Made by a program: the position numbers and the translations under genes
In this document: positions 28,001 through 36,770 of the stretch, one piece after another
Layout of the letters: every line of letters starts with the position of its first letter
How positions within the stretch are numbered: the stretch's first letter is position 1
Origin: Candidatus Omnitrophota bacterium
GTDB lineage: Bacteria > Omnitrophota > Gorgyraeia > Zapsychrales > JANLHA01
Direction: 5' to 3'
Assembly (NCBI GenBank): GCA_020632535.1
Contig: JACKFJ010000007.1
Location: forward strand, 13,749-77,748
DNA: 64,000 bases
The notes under the pieces: generated by a model
Told to the model about the DNA's origin: nothing
The model's database searches: none
Seen by the model: the letters and a program-made list of their open reading frames with translations, nothing else

Positions 28001-29074
28001 ATGGAAATTGGAATTGTAGGATTGCCGAATGTAGGAAAATCAACATTGTTTAACGCTTTGACTGGCGCGGGGGTTGCCGCCGAGAACTTCCCTTTTACAA
28101 CAATAGAGCCGAATGTTGGTATTGTCCCACTGCCTGATGAGCGATTAAATGTTTTAGCCGAGATCAATGAAAGCGTCAAGATTTCTCCTGCCGGTATTCG
28201 TTTCGTAGACATCGCTGGTATTGTTAAAGGAGCAAGTCAGGGGGAGGGTTTAGGCAATAAATTTCTTTCTCACATTCGTTCCGTCGACGCAATTTGTCAC
28301 GTGGTGCGGTGCTTTAAGGATGAAAATGTTGTCAATGTCCTAGGTGATTTAGATCCTTTAAATGCCGCGGATATTATTGAAACTGAACTTTTGCTTGCTG
28401 ATTTGCAGCAAGCGCAAAAGGCTTTGGACAAATATAAAAAACCTGCGCAAGCTGGTGACAAAGTCGCGAAGGAGAAAACCGCGGTTTTGGAAGCAGCTAT
28501 GAAGGGATTTAATGAAGGCAAGTCCGCGCGTTCACAAGGTCTTTCCGCGGAACTGGTCGCTGAATATCAATTTTTGACTTCTAAGCCGATTGTATATGTC
28601 GCGAATACCGATGAGGGTGGTGCCGCTTTGGAACTTTTAAACCCCTTGCAAGAACGGGCGGCCAAGGAGAATGCGGAAGTTGTCGTGCTGTGTACGAAGA
28701 TCGAAGCTGAAATATTAGAACTCCCTCCAGAAGAACGCGCGTCTTATTATGACAGCGCCGGGATTACTTCGCCGGGATTAGCATCGTTGGCGCGCGCGGG
28801 ACAAAAACTTTTGAACCAAATTTGTTTTTTTACCGCCGGCCCGACTGAAACACGCGCGTGGCTTATTCCCGAAGGAACACGAGCGGTTAAGGCGGCAGGT
28901 AAAATACATACGGACATTGAGCGAGGTTTTATTCGCGCTGAAATTCACAAATATAAGGATCTTATTGATCTTGGCTCATATAAAGCCGTTCAAGAAAAAG
29001 GTTTGGTTTCTTTGGAAGGTAAAGATTACGAAATGAAAGATGGCGACGTTGTCTATTTTCGTTTTAGTGTTTGA
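28001..29074 (+). CDS. ychF: redox-regulated ATPase YchF
   Basis: GIVGLPNVGKSTLFNALT P-loop, the central coiled-coil insertion and the C-terminal TGS domain (DGDVVYFRF). Confidence 0.95.
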   Translation: MEIGIVGLPNVGKSTLFNALTGAGVAAENFPFTTIEPNVGIVPLPDERLNVLAEINESVKISPAGIRFVDIAGIVKGASQGEGLGNKFLSHIRSVDAICHVVRCFKDENVVNVLGDLDPLNAADIIETELLLADLQQAQKALDKYKKPAQAGDKVAKEKTAVLEAAMKGFNEGKSARSQGLSAELVAEYQFLTSKPIVYVANTDEGGAALELLNPLQERAAKENAEVVVLCTKIEAEILELPPEERASYYDSAGITSPGLASLARAGQKLLNQICFFTAGPTETRAWLIPEGTRAVKAAGKIHTDIERGFIRAEIHKYKDLIDLGSYKAVQEKGLVSLEGKDYEMKDGDVVYFRFSV

Positions 29075-29115
29075 TAGGATTTATTAAACTGATAATGTCA
29101 TCAGCGAGGGAAATT

Positions 29116-29625
29116 ATGCCAAAAGCAAAAAAAGGTATTAAGAAAATCGTTAAATCTAATCGTCCGGATTGGGATCAATATTTCTTAAAATTAGCGATGT
29201 TGGCGTCTGAACGTGCCACGTGTCCTCGGATGCATTGCGGCTGTGTTCTCGTTAAAAATAAAAATGTTATTACCACCGGTTACAACGGGTCGATTCCCGG
29301 TGATCAACATTGTGAAGATATTGGCTGTTTGATTGTGGATAATCATTGTGTGCGGACAGTGCACGCGGAAATGAACGCGATTGTGCAGGCGGCTAAGCGC
29401 GGCCATGCGGTGTCGGGTGCGACCGCGTATGTTACAAATATGCCTTGCACAACGTGCGCGAAGGCCTTGATCACGGCCGGCGTTGAACGCGTTGTCGTGT
29501 TTTCTGATTATCATGATACTTTAGCGACGCAGTTTTTTGCGACGGCGAATGTTCGTATTGATAAAATTGAAATTCCATCGCAGCAAATCAATTATGATTT
29601 AAAAAGTTATACATCAGCGAGGTAA
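29116..29625 (+). CDS. dCMP deaminase (ComEB-type)
   Basis: HAEMNAI and PCTTCAKAL zinc motifs. ATG at 29116 follows a GAGGGA SD; the track start at 29071 is a TTG inside the ychF stop region. Confidence 0.85.
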   Translation: MPKAKKGIKKIVKSNRPDWDQYFLKLAMLASERATCPRMHCGCVLVKNKNVITTGYNGSIPGDQHCEDIGCLIVDNHCVRTVHAEMNAIVQAAKRGHAVSGATAYVTNMPCTTCAKALITAGVERVVVFSDYHDTLATQFFATANVRIDKIEIPSQQINYDLKSYTSAR

Positions 29626-29629
29626 TCAT

Positions 29630-30034
29630 ATGACAAAAATTAAAGTGTTGATGGCAGATGACGAACTAGAAATTCTTGAAATCATGGCGAAGCGTGTTAA
29701 GTCGGAAGGTTATGAAGTGATTACCGCGCATGACGGTCAAGAGGCGTGGGACAAAATTATCACCGAAGATCCTGATGTGATTTTAATGGACGTGACAATG
29801 CCCAAGCTTGAGGGTTTTGAAGTTTTAAAGCGTTTGCGAGAAAGTCCGCCGTCAAAAAAATGGCAGCCGGTCATCATTGTGTCTGCCCGCGAAGAGCTCA
29901 AAGATATTCAGAAGGGGTTTTCGCTCGAGGCGGATCATTACTTAACCAAACCTTGCAATATGGACGATGTCATTAATGGCATTCGTTTGATGGTCAATCT
30001 GATTCCGCAGCATAAAGCGCATGGTGAATATTGA
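29630..30034 (+). CDS. stand-alone response regulator receiver protein
   Basis: 134 aa, ADDE...DVILMDVTMPKLEG...KP receiver motifs, no output domain. Confidence 0.85.
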   Translation: MTKIKVLMADDELEILEIMAKRVKSEGYEVITAHDGQEAWDKIITEDPDVILMDVTMPKLEGFEVLKRLRESPPSKKWQPVIIVSAREELKDIQKGFSLEADHYLTKPCNMDDVINGIRLMVNLIPQHKAHGEY

Positions 30035-30860
30035 TACGAAAGTCGTGATGAGAATAATTTTCTTCTTGGTGGCTGGATTTGTTCTTTTGATTGTTTATGT
30101 GCGTTTTCTTGAAGCAGTCAGTCTATTTATTCCCTCCCGAAAAATAACGATGACGCCTAAGGAAGTTGGACTTGATTTTGAAGATATTTATTTCTTAACT
30201 CAAGATCATGTCCAGATCAATGGTTGGCTGGTCAAGGCTAAGGTCGATTCTGATAAAGTATCAACAATTCTTTTTTGCCATGGGAATGCCGGGAATATTG
30301 GCGATCGAGTTGAAAAAATTCAGAATTTTCGTGATCTTGGGTTAAATGTTTTTATTTTTGATTATCGTGGCTACGGAAAAAGCCAAGGGCGGCCAACAGA
30401 AAAAGGGATGTATTTAGACGTCGCGGCCGCTTTGGATTATTTGCAAAGTCGTCAAGATATCGCCGCGGAGAGGATTATTGTTTATGGCGCATCGATGGGT
30501 GGGGTCGCGGCTATTGATATAGTGTCTAAGCGTCCAGTTTTGGCCTTGATCGCTGATTCAACGTTTACGTCATCGGCTGATATGGCAAAAACGATTATTC
30601 CGTTTGTCCCAGCTTTTATTTTGGGTACGAAGTTGGATAATGCGACAAAGATCAAAGGCATTATCGTCCCCAAATTGTTTATTCATAGTCCTAGTGATGA
30701 AACGGTTCCGTTTCGATTGGGACAAAAACTTTTCAAGTTGGCGCCGGAACCAAAAGAATTTTTGGTGATTTCTGGCAATCATAATGAAGGATTTATACTG
30801 TCGCAGGATATTTATTTGCCCGGCATCGAAAACTTTTTAAATAAATACAATTTGAGGTAA
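30021..30860 (+). CDS. alpha/beta hydrolase with an N-terminal TM anchor
   Basis: HGNAGN oxyanion region, nucleophile elbow GASMGG, and a late D/H (SPSDE, GNHNE). Confidence 0.75.
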   Translation: MVNIDTKVVMRIIFFLVAGFVLLIVYVRFLEAVSLFIPSRKITMTPKEVGLDFEDIYFLTQDHVQINGWLVKAKVDSDKVSTILFCHGNAGNIGDRVEKIQNFRDLGLNVFIFDYRGYGKSQGRPTEKGMYLDVAAALDYLQSRQDIAAERIIVYGASMGGVAAIDIVSKRPVLALIADSTFTSSADMAKTIIPFVPAFILGTKLDNATKIKGIIVPKLFIHSPSDETVPFRLGQKLFKLAPEPKEFLVISGNHNEGFILSQDIYLPGIENFLNKYNLR

Positions 30861-30862
30861 AA

Positions 30863-31666
30863 ATGATCATTGCCAGTTTTTCTAATCCTAAAATCAAAGA
30901 ACTCGCTAAACTTCGGGATCATCGCGAGCGTGTTAAAACGGGTCTGACTTTGATTGAAGGGATTCGGGAAGTCCGCGCAGCCATAAATGCGGGCATTAGC
31001 ATTAAGGAAATGTATATTTGTCCGTCGCTATACGAAGGTCATGAGCAAGGTCATGTGGAAGATGAAATATTAAAAGGTTTAGTGGCGCGCAAAGTTGATA
31101 TTGTGGAAGTGACGAAAGAAGTTTTTGCGAAAGTTTCCTTTGGTGATCGCAGCGAAGGTGTTTTGGCAATTGGTTCCGCTCGAGCGCTTGCGATTAAGGA
31201 TGTAGAATTAAAGAAAAATCCTATTTTTATGCTGGTGGAAGGTGTTGAGAAGCCGGGAAATCTTGGTGCGATTTTGCGCACATGTGACGCCGCGGGGGTT
31301 GACGCATTGTTTGTGTGTGACGCGGCGACAGATATTTTTAACCCCAATGTTATTCGCGCGAGCTTAGGGACAGTTTTTACTGTTCCGGTTATTAATGCGA
31401 CGACAGAACAAGTTGTGGAATTCTTTAAAAGTAAGAATATTAAAATTGTGGCGGCAACACCGGCGGGTAAGAAATCGTATACATCCGTAAATCTTTGTGG
31501 TGGAATTGTCATTGCCGTCGGAAGTGAAAAAGACGGTTTAAGCGCGACCTTTTTGAAGGCAGCGGAAGAAAAGGTTTTTATTCCTATGAAGGGTCGGGCG
31601 GATTCACTGAATACGTCAGTTGCCGCGGCGCTGTTGGCTTATGAAGCATTGCGGCAGCGCAGTTAA
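30863..31666 (+). CDS. SpoU/TrmH-family RNA methyltransferase
   Basis: SPOUT motifs VEKPGNLGAILRT, VGSEKDGLS, SLNTSVAAA. Confidence 0.8.
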   Translation: MIIASFSNPKIKELAKLRDHRERVKTGLTLIEGIREVRAAINAGISIKEMYICPSLYEGHEQGHVEDEILKGLVARKVDIVEVTKEVFAKVSFGDRSEGVLAIGSARALAIKDVELKKNPIFMLVEGVEKPGNLGAILRTCDAAGVDALFVCDAATDIFNPNVIRASLGTVFTVPVINATTEQVVEFFKSKNIKIVAATPAGKKSYTSVNLCGGIVIAVGSEKDGLSATFLKAAEEKVFIPMKGRADSLNTSVAAALLAYEALRQRS

Positions 31667-31694
31667 AATTATTAATTATCACTTGAAAGAAAAT

Positions 31695-32408
31695 ATGGAT
31701 ACACAGCGGCTTAACGTTTATTTGGCGCATCAAGGCATATGTTCTCGTCGCAAAGCTATGGAAGCGATTCAAATGGGATATGTTAGCGTCAATGGCAAAG
31801 TCGTTCGTGAACCATCCACGCCAGTGAACGCCAAAGACCGCGTTGTTTTTGATGGTGATATTGTTCAGAGCAAATCTTATCAATACATTATGCTCAACAA
31901 GCCAAGTGGTTATGTGACGACACGTGAAGACCGATTCGCGCAAAAAACTGTTTTGGATCTTTTGCCCACAGCGTTGCGGCACTTGAATCCCGTCGGACGG
32001 CTTGATAAGAATACAGAAGGCTTGCTTGTTTTAACAAATGATGGGGAATTAGCGAATCATTTGACACATCCTCGCTATGATGTGGACAAAACATATGTTG
32101 TGCAAATTCAGAAAAAATTAGCGCCGCCGGAACAAAAACAGTTGGAATCTGGCGTGATTGTCGATGGCGAAAAAACCGCTCCCGCGAAAATCACGGGATT
32201 AAAGATATTAAAGAATGGTTGTGAATTTTTGATTACGATTCATGAGGGACGCAAGCGTCAAATTCGTTTAATGTTAGCGCACGTCGGGCATCATGTGACA
32301 TATTTGCGAAGGATTCAGCAAGGTCCTTTATTGTTGGGCGATCTTGCGACAGGAAAATACCGGGCTTTGACATCGGCAGAAATTAAGGAATTAAAAAAAG
32401 ACATTTAA
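31695..32408 (+). CDS. pseudouridine synthase (RsuA/RluB family)
   Basis: S4 domain (RLNVYLAHQGICSRRKA) and the catalytic motif GRLDKNTEGLLVLTNDG. Start moved to Met26 of track ORF 31620..32408. Confidence 0.85.
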   Translation: MDTQRLNVYLAHQGICSRRKAMEAIQMGYVSVNGKVVREPSTPVNAKDRVVFDGDIVQSKSYQYIMLNKPSGYVTTREDRFAQKTVLDLLPTALRHLNPVGRLDKNTEGLLVLTNDGELANHLTHPRYDVDKTYVVQIQKKLAPPEQKQLESGVIVDGEKTAPAKITGLKILKNGCEFLITIHEGRKRQIRLMLAHVGHHVTYLRRIQQGPLLLGDLATGKYRALTSAEIKELKKDI

Positions 32409-32418
32409 GGAATATTTT

Positions 32419-34365
32419 ATGATTACAATTAGCGGATTATCAAAGAATTTTACGGGACGGACATTGTTTAAGGATGTGAACTTAAGTATTTTTTCCGGCG
32501 AGAAAATTGGCTTAACCGGTCCCAACGGCTCGGGTAAATCTACCCTTTTTTCGATTATCCTCGGGCAATTGGAATCGACCGGCGGCAGTGTTCAGATGCA
32601 GAAGAATTTGAATATTGGACATTTGGCTCAGGAAGCGCACTTTGCTTCGACTCAGACGGTTATGGATGAGGTCACTGCCGGTGATGAGCGCATCAAAAGA
32701 CTTTTACAAGAAAAGCATGAGTTGGAAGACGCTAACAAAGCTGACAGTATGCGATATGGTGATATTCTCGGCGAGTTGGAGCAAGCCGGAATTTATGAGT
32801 TGGAAAATAAAGCTGAGCGAATTCTTACGGGTTTGGGATTTAAGGAAGAAGAATTTCATAAGCCGATTAATACGTTTAGCGGTGGTTGGCAAATGCGCAC
32901 GCTTTTGGCGAAATTGCTTTTATATCCGTATGATATTATTTTGCTCGACGAGCCGACAAATTATCTTGATTTGCACGCGACATTGTGGCTCAAAGGATTT
33001 TTGGCAAGTTATAGCGGGACGTTTATCATTATTTCTCATGACAAAATATTCTTAAACGATGTTACCAATTATACAATCGTCCTTGAGAATGGCCAGATGA
33101 ACAAAGTGAAGGGAAATTATCAGGCGTTTGAAGAGCAAAAAGAATTGATGTTTCGGTCAATGGAAAAGAAGCAGAAATCGCTTGAGCAGAAGAAGGACCA
33201 ATTGGAAAAGTTTGCCCAGCGGTTTCATGCACAGCCCAATCGCGCGGCGGCCGTTCGCAATAAGCGTAAAATGCTTGAAAAAATTGAAGAGCAGCAGGTT
33301 GATTTGCCGGAAGAGCGTCGCAGTATCCGTGATTTTGAATTTCCTGAGACTCAGGAAAGTGGTTATGTCGTCGCCAACGCGCAGAATTTGAGTAAAGCTT
33401 ATGGGGAAAAGCAGATTTACAAAGATTTGGATCTGGAAATTATCAAAGGTCAGAAGATTTGTTTGATTGGTCCAAATGGGGCGGGTAAGTCGACATTATT
33501 AAAAATGCTTGCCGGTATTCTCGAGCCTGATACGGGAAATGTTAAGCTCGGTTTTAACGTTACGCGCGGATATTTTTCGCAGACTCGTTTGGATGTGCTT
33601 AATCCTAACAATACCGCGCTTGAAGAATTGGCGACGGCGTCGTCAAAGAGTGTCCCAGCGGTGACGATGCGAACCCTTTTAAGTATTTTTAATTTTCGTG
33701 GCGATGATGTTTTTAAACATGTCAAAATTCTTTCCGGCGGGGAAAAAAGCCGATTGATTTTAGCCAAGTTGCTTTTAAATCCGCCCAACTTTGTTTTGCT
33801 TGATGAGCCGACAACTCATTTGGATATCGACGGAGTTGAGGCTTTGACAGAGTGTTTTCAAAAATACGCCGGTACATTGGTGTTTATCAGTCATGATCTT
33901 TTTTTTGTTAAGGAAATTGCCGATCACATCATTGAGGTTGATCGTGGTCGTATTAAAATTTATTCCGGCGGGTTAGATTATTATCTCGACAAGAAAGCGG
34001 CCGGTCAAACTTTAGGTCAGGAAAGCGAAAGAATTCAGCGTGAAGAAGAAATGAAAATCAAAGATGAAAAGCGTAAAGTTTTTGATACAGAAAATCAAAA
34101 AATGCAGGAAGCGCGTCAACAGCATAATCAGGCGCTTAAGCGTCTTTCGGATATTAAAAAAGAAATTAAGGCTATGGAAGACGAAAAGAAAGAAATTGAG
34201 ACCGAAAGTTATGTCAAGGCGAGGGTTCTTTCTAATTCTTATGGTAAAGATCAGCAGACAATTAAGGAATATGGTCAGCGTTTGAAGTGGATTCAGCAGC
34301 GCTTACGGGAAATTGAGACAAAAACCAAGGATTTAGAGGAAGAACGAGACCAAATCAATAAGTAA
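32419..34365 (+). CDS. ABC-F family ATPase (Uup-like, with a C-terminal coiled coil)
   Basis: Two ABC cassettes (GPNGSGKST / FSGGWQMR / LLDEPTNYLD and GPNGAGKST / LSGGEKSR / LLDEPTTHLD), no TM domain, K/E-rich tail. Confidence 0.9.
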   Translation: MITISGLSKNFTGRTLFKDVNLSIFSGEKIGLTGPNGSGKSTLFSIILGQLESTGGSVQMQKNLNIGHLAQEAHFASTQTVMDEVTAGDERIKRLLQEKHELEDANKADSMRYGDILGELEQAGIYELENKAERILTGLGFKEEEFHKPINTFSGGWQMRTLLAKLLLYPYDIILLDEPTNYLDLHATLWLKGFLASYSGTFIIISHDKIFLNDVTNYTIVLENGQMNKVKGNYQAFEEQKELMFRSMEKKQKSLEQKKDQLEKFAQRFHAQPNRAAAVRNKRKMLEKIEEQQVDLPEERRSIRDFEFPETQESGYVVANAQNLSKAYGEKQIYKDLDLEIIKGQKICLIGPNGAGKSTLLKMLAGILEPDTGNVKLGFNVTRGYFSQTRLDVLNPNNTALEELATASSKSVPAVTMRTLLSIFNFRGDDVFKHVKILSGGEKSRLILAKLLLNPPNFVLLDEPTTHLDIDGVEALTECFQKYAGTLVFISHDLFFVKEIADHIIEVDRGRIKIYSGGLDYYLDKKAAGQTLGQESERIQREEEMKIKDEKRKVFDTENQKMQEARQQHNQALKRLSDIKKEIKAMEDEKKEIETESYVKARVLSNSYGKDQQTIKEYGQRLKWIQQRLREIETKTKDLEEERDQINK

Positions 34366-34410
34366 GCCTTGGGGTTTATTTTGTGTAGGGAAGGTGGTAT
34401 ACTTGTGGCA

Positions 34411-34872
34411 ATGAAAATGACCAAATTATTTCTTATTCTTTTACTGTTTTTTGCTGTCTCATCCACTGGCTGCGCTAAAGTAGCCCATATGCAGGAGCTT
34501 TTACGGCTCAAAGGTTACTCTGAAGAAAAGGATCGCCAAGAACTTTTGGTTGAAAATCAAAATAAAAGATTTGAACGCTTGCTTGCCGCCGTCAAGAGTA
34601 ATCAGCTTGAAAATTTTCCAGATCAGAGAAGCATTTGGATGAGTTTTGGTGAGCCGGTTTTTGAAAAGAAGATCACTCTTGCCCAAACCCCGTATACTGT
34701 TTGGATGTATCGTTATTCAACGAAATTCTTTGGTTCCGAAAAGGTTTATCTTTACTTTGATGAAAAAAGGAATTTAAGCAGTTTTGATTTTTCGCCTGGT
34801 GGTGTTATGACGCCTGTTAAGCGAAAGGGATTACAGCATGTCCAACAAGCCTCGTCAAAAACTAGATCCTAA
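34411..34872 (+). CDS. lipoprotein, function unknown
   Basis: MKMTKLFLILLLFFAVSSTGC carries a lipobox. ATG at 34411 follows a GAAGGTGG SD; the track start at 34369 is upstream. Confidence 0.45.
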   Translation: MKMTKLFLILLLFFAVSSTGCAKVAHMQELLRLKGYSEEKDRQELLVENQNKRFERLLAAVKSNQLENFPDQRSIWMSFGEPVFEKKITLAQTPYTVWMYRYSTKFFGSEKVYLYFDEKRNLSSFDFSPGGVMTPVKRKGLQHVQQASSKTRS

Positions 34873-35401
34873 GAAATTCACTCCTTCTTCTGAATCGCAA
34901 CCTAAAAAGGATAGAGATTGGACGTATGAAGATATTTTGCGTTCCAAATCCCGACGTCGTGGTTTTACTTTGATGGAGATTATTATTGTTACTATGATTG
35001 CTGGTGTACTTGCGTCGATTGGGTTTGTTAATTATTCGATGGTAATTGAGAAATCTAAAGCGCATGGGATTGAGCAAAATCTTTGGTCACTTTATGCTGC
35101 TGAAGAGGCGTATAACTTAGAGTATGGTCAATATGACTGTACGGGAACAAAATTAGGGATTGAAATGCGTCAGCCTGATTACGGTGTTCTTGGTGGCTTT
35201 GCTTGCGGCTCCGGGTCTATTGTTGTTTTTGGAGTGCGGTTGCCTGGAACTTATTCGATCACATATAACTGCCCTTGGGGTTCTGCTTCGACAGGACAGA
35301 CAGCTTTATACGGATTAACCATCGGACGCAATGCGGGTCAGGAACCTACTGTTTGTTGCGGTGAAGGTAAGCCGGGGATTTGTGCGAAATTAGGATATTA
35401 A
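34838..35401 (+). CDS. type IV pilin-like / pseudopilin protein (prepilin N-terminal methylation motif)
   Basis: RRG/FTLMEIIIVTMIAGVLASIG is the class III signal peptide. The C-terminal domain has 7 Cys. With the ATG start the leader would be 41 aa; an in-frame TTG at 34937 would give a conventional 9-aa leader. Confidence 0.7.
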   Translation: MSNKPRQKLDPKKFTPSSESQPKKDRDWTYEDILRSKSRRRGFTLMEIIIVTMIAGVLASIGFVNYSMVIEKSKAHGIEQNLWSLYAAEEAYNLEYGQYDCTGTKLGIEMRQPDYGVLGGFACGSGSIVVFGVRLPGTYSITYNCPWGSASTGQTALYGLTIGRNAGQEPTVCCGEGKPGICAKLGY

Positions 35402-35419
35402 AGATATATTGGTTTTATG

Positions 35420-35454
35420 CCCGCTCTCGATATAATATGAGAGCGGGTTTTTTT
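35420..35454 (+). terminator. Rho-independent terminator
   Basis: 9-bp GC-rich stem CCCGCTCTC / GAGAGCGGG (35420-35428 / 35439-35447), a 10-nt loop, then T7 (35448-35454). Confidence 0.8.
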
Positions 35455-35473
35455 ATTTGTGGTAAATTCAATT

Positions 35474-36631
35474 ATGACTAAAATCATTATGCATGTGGAT
35501 CTCGACGCGTTTTTTGCTGCGGTTGAGCAACGCGACAATCCACGATTACGCGGCAAGCCGGTTGTTGTCGGCGCTGATCCTAAAGAAGGCCGCGGACGCG
35601 GTGTTGTTTCGACATGCTCGTATGAAGCGCGTCAGTTTGGAATTCACTCCGCAATGCCAATTTCGAAGGCGTATCAATTGTGTTCTACCGCGATTTTCTT
35701 AGCTCCCAATTTTGAGAAATACAGTAAGGCCTCTCGCGCTGTTTTTAAAATATTTTATGATTTTACGCCTCATATAGAAGGGATTAGCATTGACGAAGCA
35801 TTTTTGGACATGACGACGACGTACCATTTATTCGGTACATCTGTTCAGGCGGCAGAACGGTTAAAAAAGCGGATTAAGGATGAGGTGGGTTTGACGGCGT
35901 CGGTCGGTTTGGCACCAGTTAAAATGGTGGCCAAGATTGCGTCTGATTTATCAAAGCCTGATGGCCTGTTGGAAGTCAATGAAAAGGATGTCATTTCATT
36001 TTTGGCGCCTTTGAAAATTGAGCGTCTTTGGGGTGTGGGGCCTAAGACCGCAGAATCTCTGCATCAATTGGGAGTAAAAACAATTGGGGATTTGGGTGCT
36101 ATGTCCCGTGAGCAATTGATACAGCAATTTGGCGAAAGCGGTGGACATTTGTATAATTTGTCGCGCGGTATAGATCCTCGTGATGTCGTCGAGGATACTG
36201 ATGTTAAGTCGGTCAGTCATGAGCATACTTTTGACCAAGACACATCGAATGCCGAGCAAGTTTTAACTATTATGCTGGGTTTAAGCGAACAGGTGTCAAG
36301 GCGCTTGCGAAAGTACAACTTGAAAGCGCGAACTATCACGGTTAAAATACGCTTGCAAGGATTTCAAACTTATACTCGTGCGGAAACTTTGAGTGAACGA
36401 ACTAATTTTACTGATATTATTTTTCAAAAAGCAAAGGGAATTTTTAAAAAGTTCTTTAAGACCAATATGAAAATTCGGTTGATTGGCGTGAAAGCTAATC
36501 ATTTTGATGATGCTTATGTTCAGGAAAGTTTGTTTGTAAATTCGATGAATGAACGACGAGAAAAGATTCACAACGTTTTGGATCGGATCAAAGATAAATT
36601 TGGCGAAGATGTGATTGGACGTGGGAAGTAA
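35474..36631 (+). CDS. dinB: DNA polymerase IV
   Basis: IMHVDLDAFFAAVEQRDNP, SIDEAFLD and the little-finger region. ATG at 35474; the track start at 35459 is a GTG. Confidence 0.9.
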   Translation: MTKIIMHVDLDAFFAAVEQRDNPRLRGKPVVVGADPKEGRGRGVVSTCSYEARQFGIHSAMPISKAYQLCSTAIFLAPNFEKYSKASRAVFKIFYDFTPHIEGISIDEAFLDMTTTYHLFGTSVQAAERLKKRIKDEVGLTASVGLAPVKMVAKIASDLSKPDGLLEVNEKDVISFLAPLKIERLWGVGPKTAESLHQLGVKTIGDLGAMSREQLIQQFGESGGHLYNLSRGIDPRDVVEDTDVKSVSHEHTFDQDTSNAEQVLTIMLGLSEQVSRRLRKYNLKARTITVKIRLQGFQTYTRAETLSERTNFTDIIFQKAKGIFKKFFKTNMKIRLIGVKANHFDDAYVQESLFVNSMNERREKIHNVLDRIKDKFGEDVIGRGK

Positions 36632-36641
36632 AGCTAGTCTT

Positions 36642-36751
36642 GTCATTCCCGCATGCTTTTAGCGGGAATCCATGGATGTGCATGGATCCTCGCTTACAGC
36701 ATTCGAGGATGACAGAAGAATGGATCCCCGATAAAAGATTTCGGGGATGAC
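36642..36751. repeat. palindromic MITE/REP-like element (copy B), intergenic dinB-rmuC
   Basis: Hairpins ATTCCCGC-N9-GCGGGAAT (36645-36669), CCATG-N6-CATGG (36670-36685), ATCCTCG-N11-CGAGGAT (36686-36710) and ATCCCCGA-N9-TCGGGGAT (36724-36748). The termini GTCATTCCCG / CGGGGATGAC are inverted repeats. Confidence 0.85.
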
Positions 36752-36770
36752 AAATCAAAGAGAGGTTTTT

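Noticed and set aside
36747-36770. ATG at 36747 as the rmuC start (as in the ORF track).
   Set aside because: This ATG is part of the 3' arm of the repeat hairpin (GGGGATGAC) and has no SD. The ATG at 36771 follows an AGAGAGG SD and starts directly with the TM helix.
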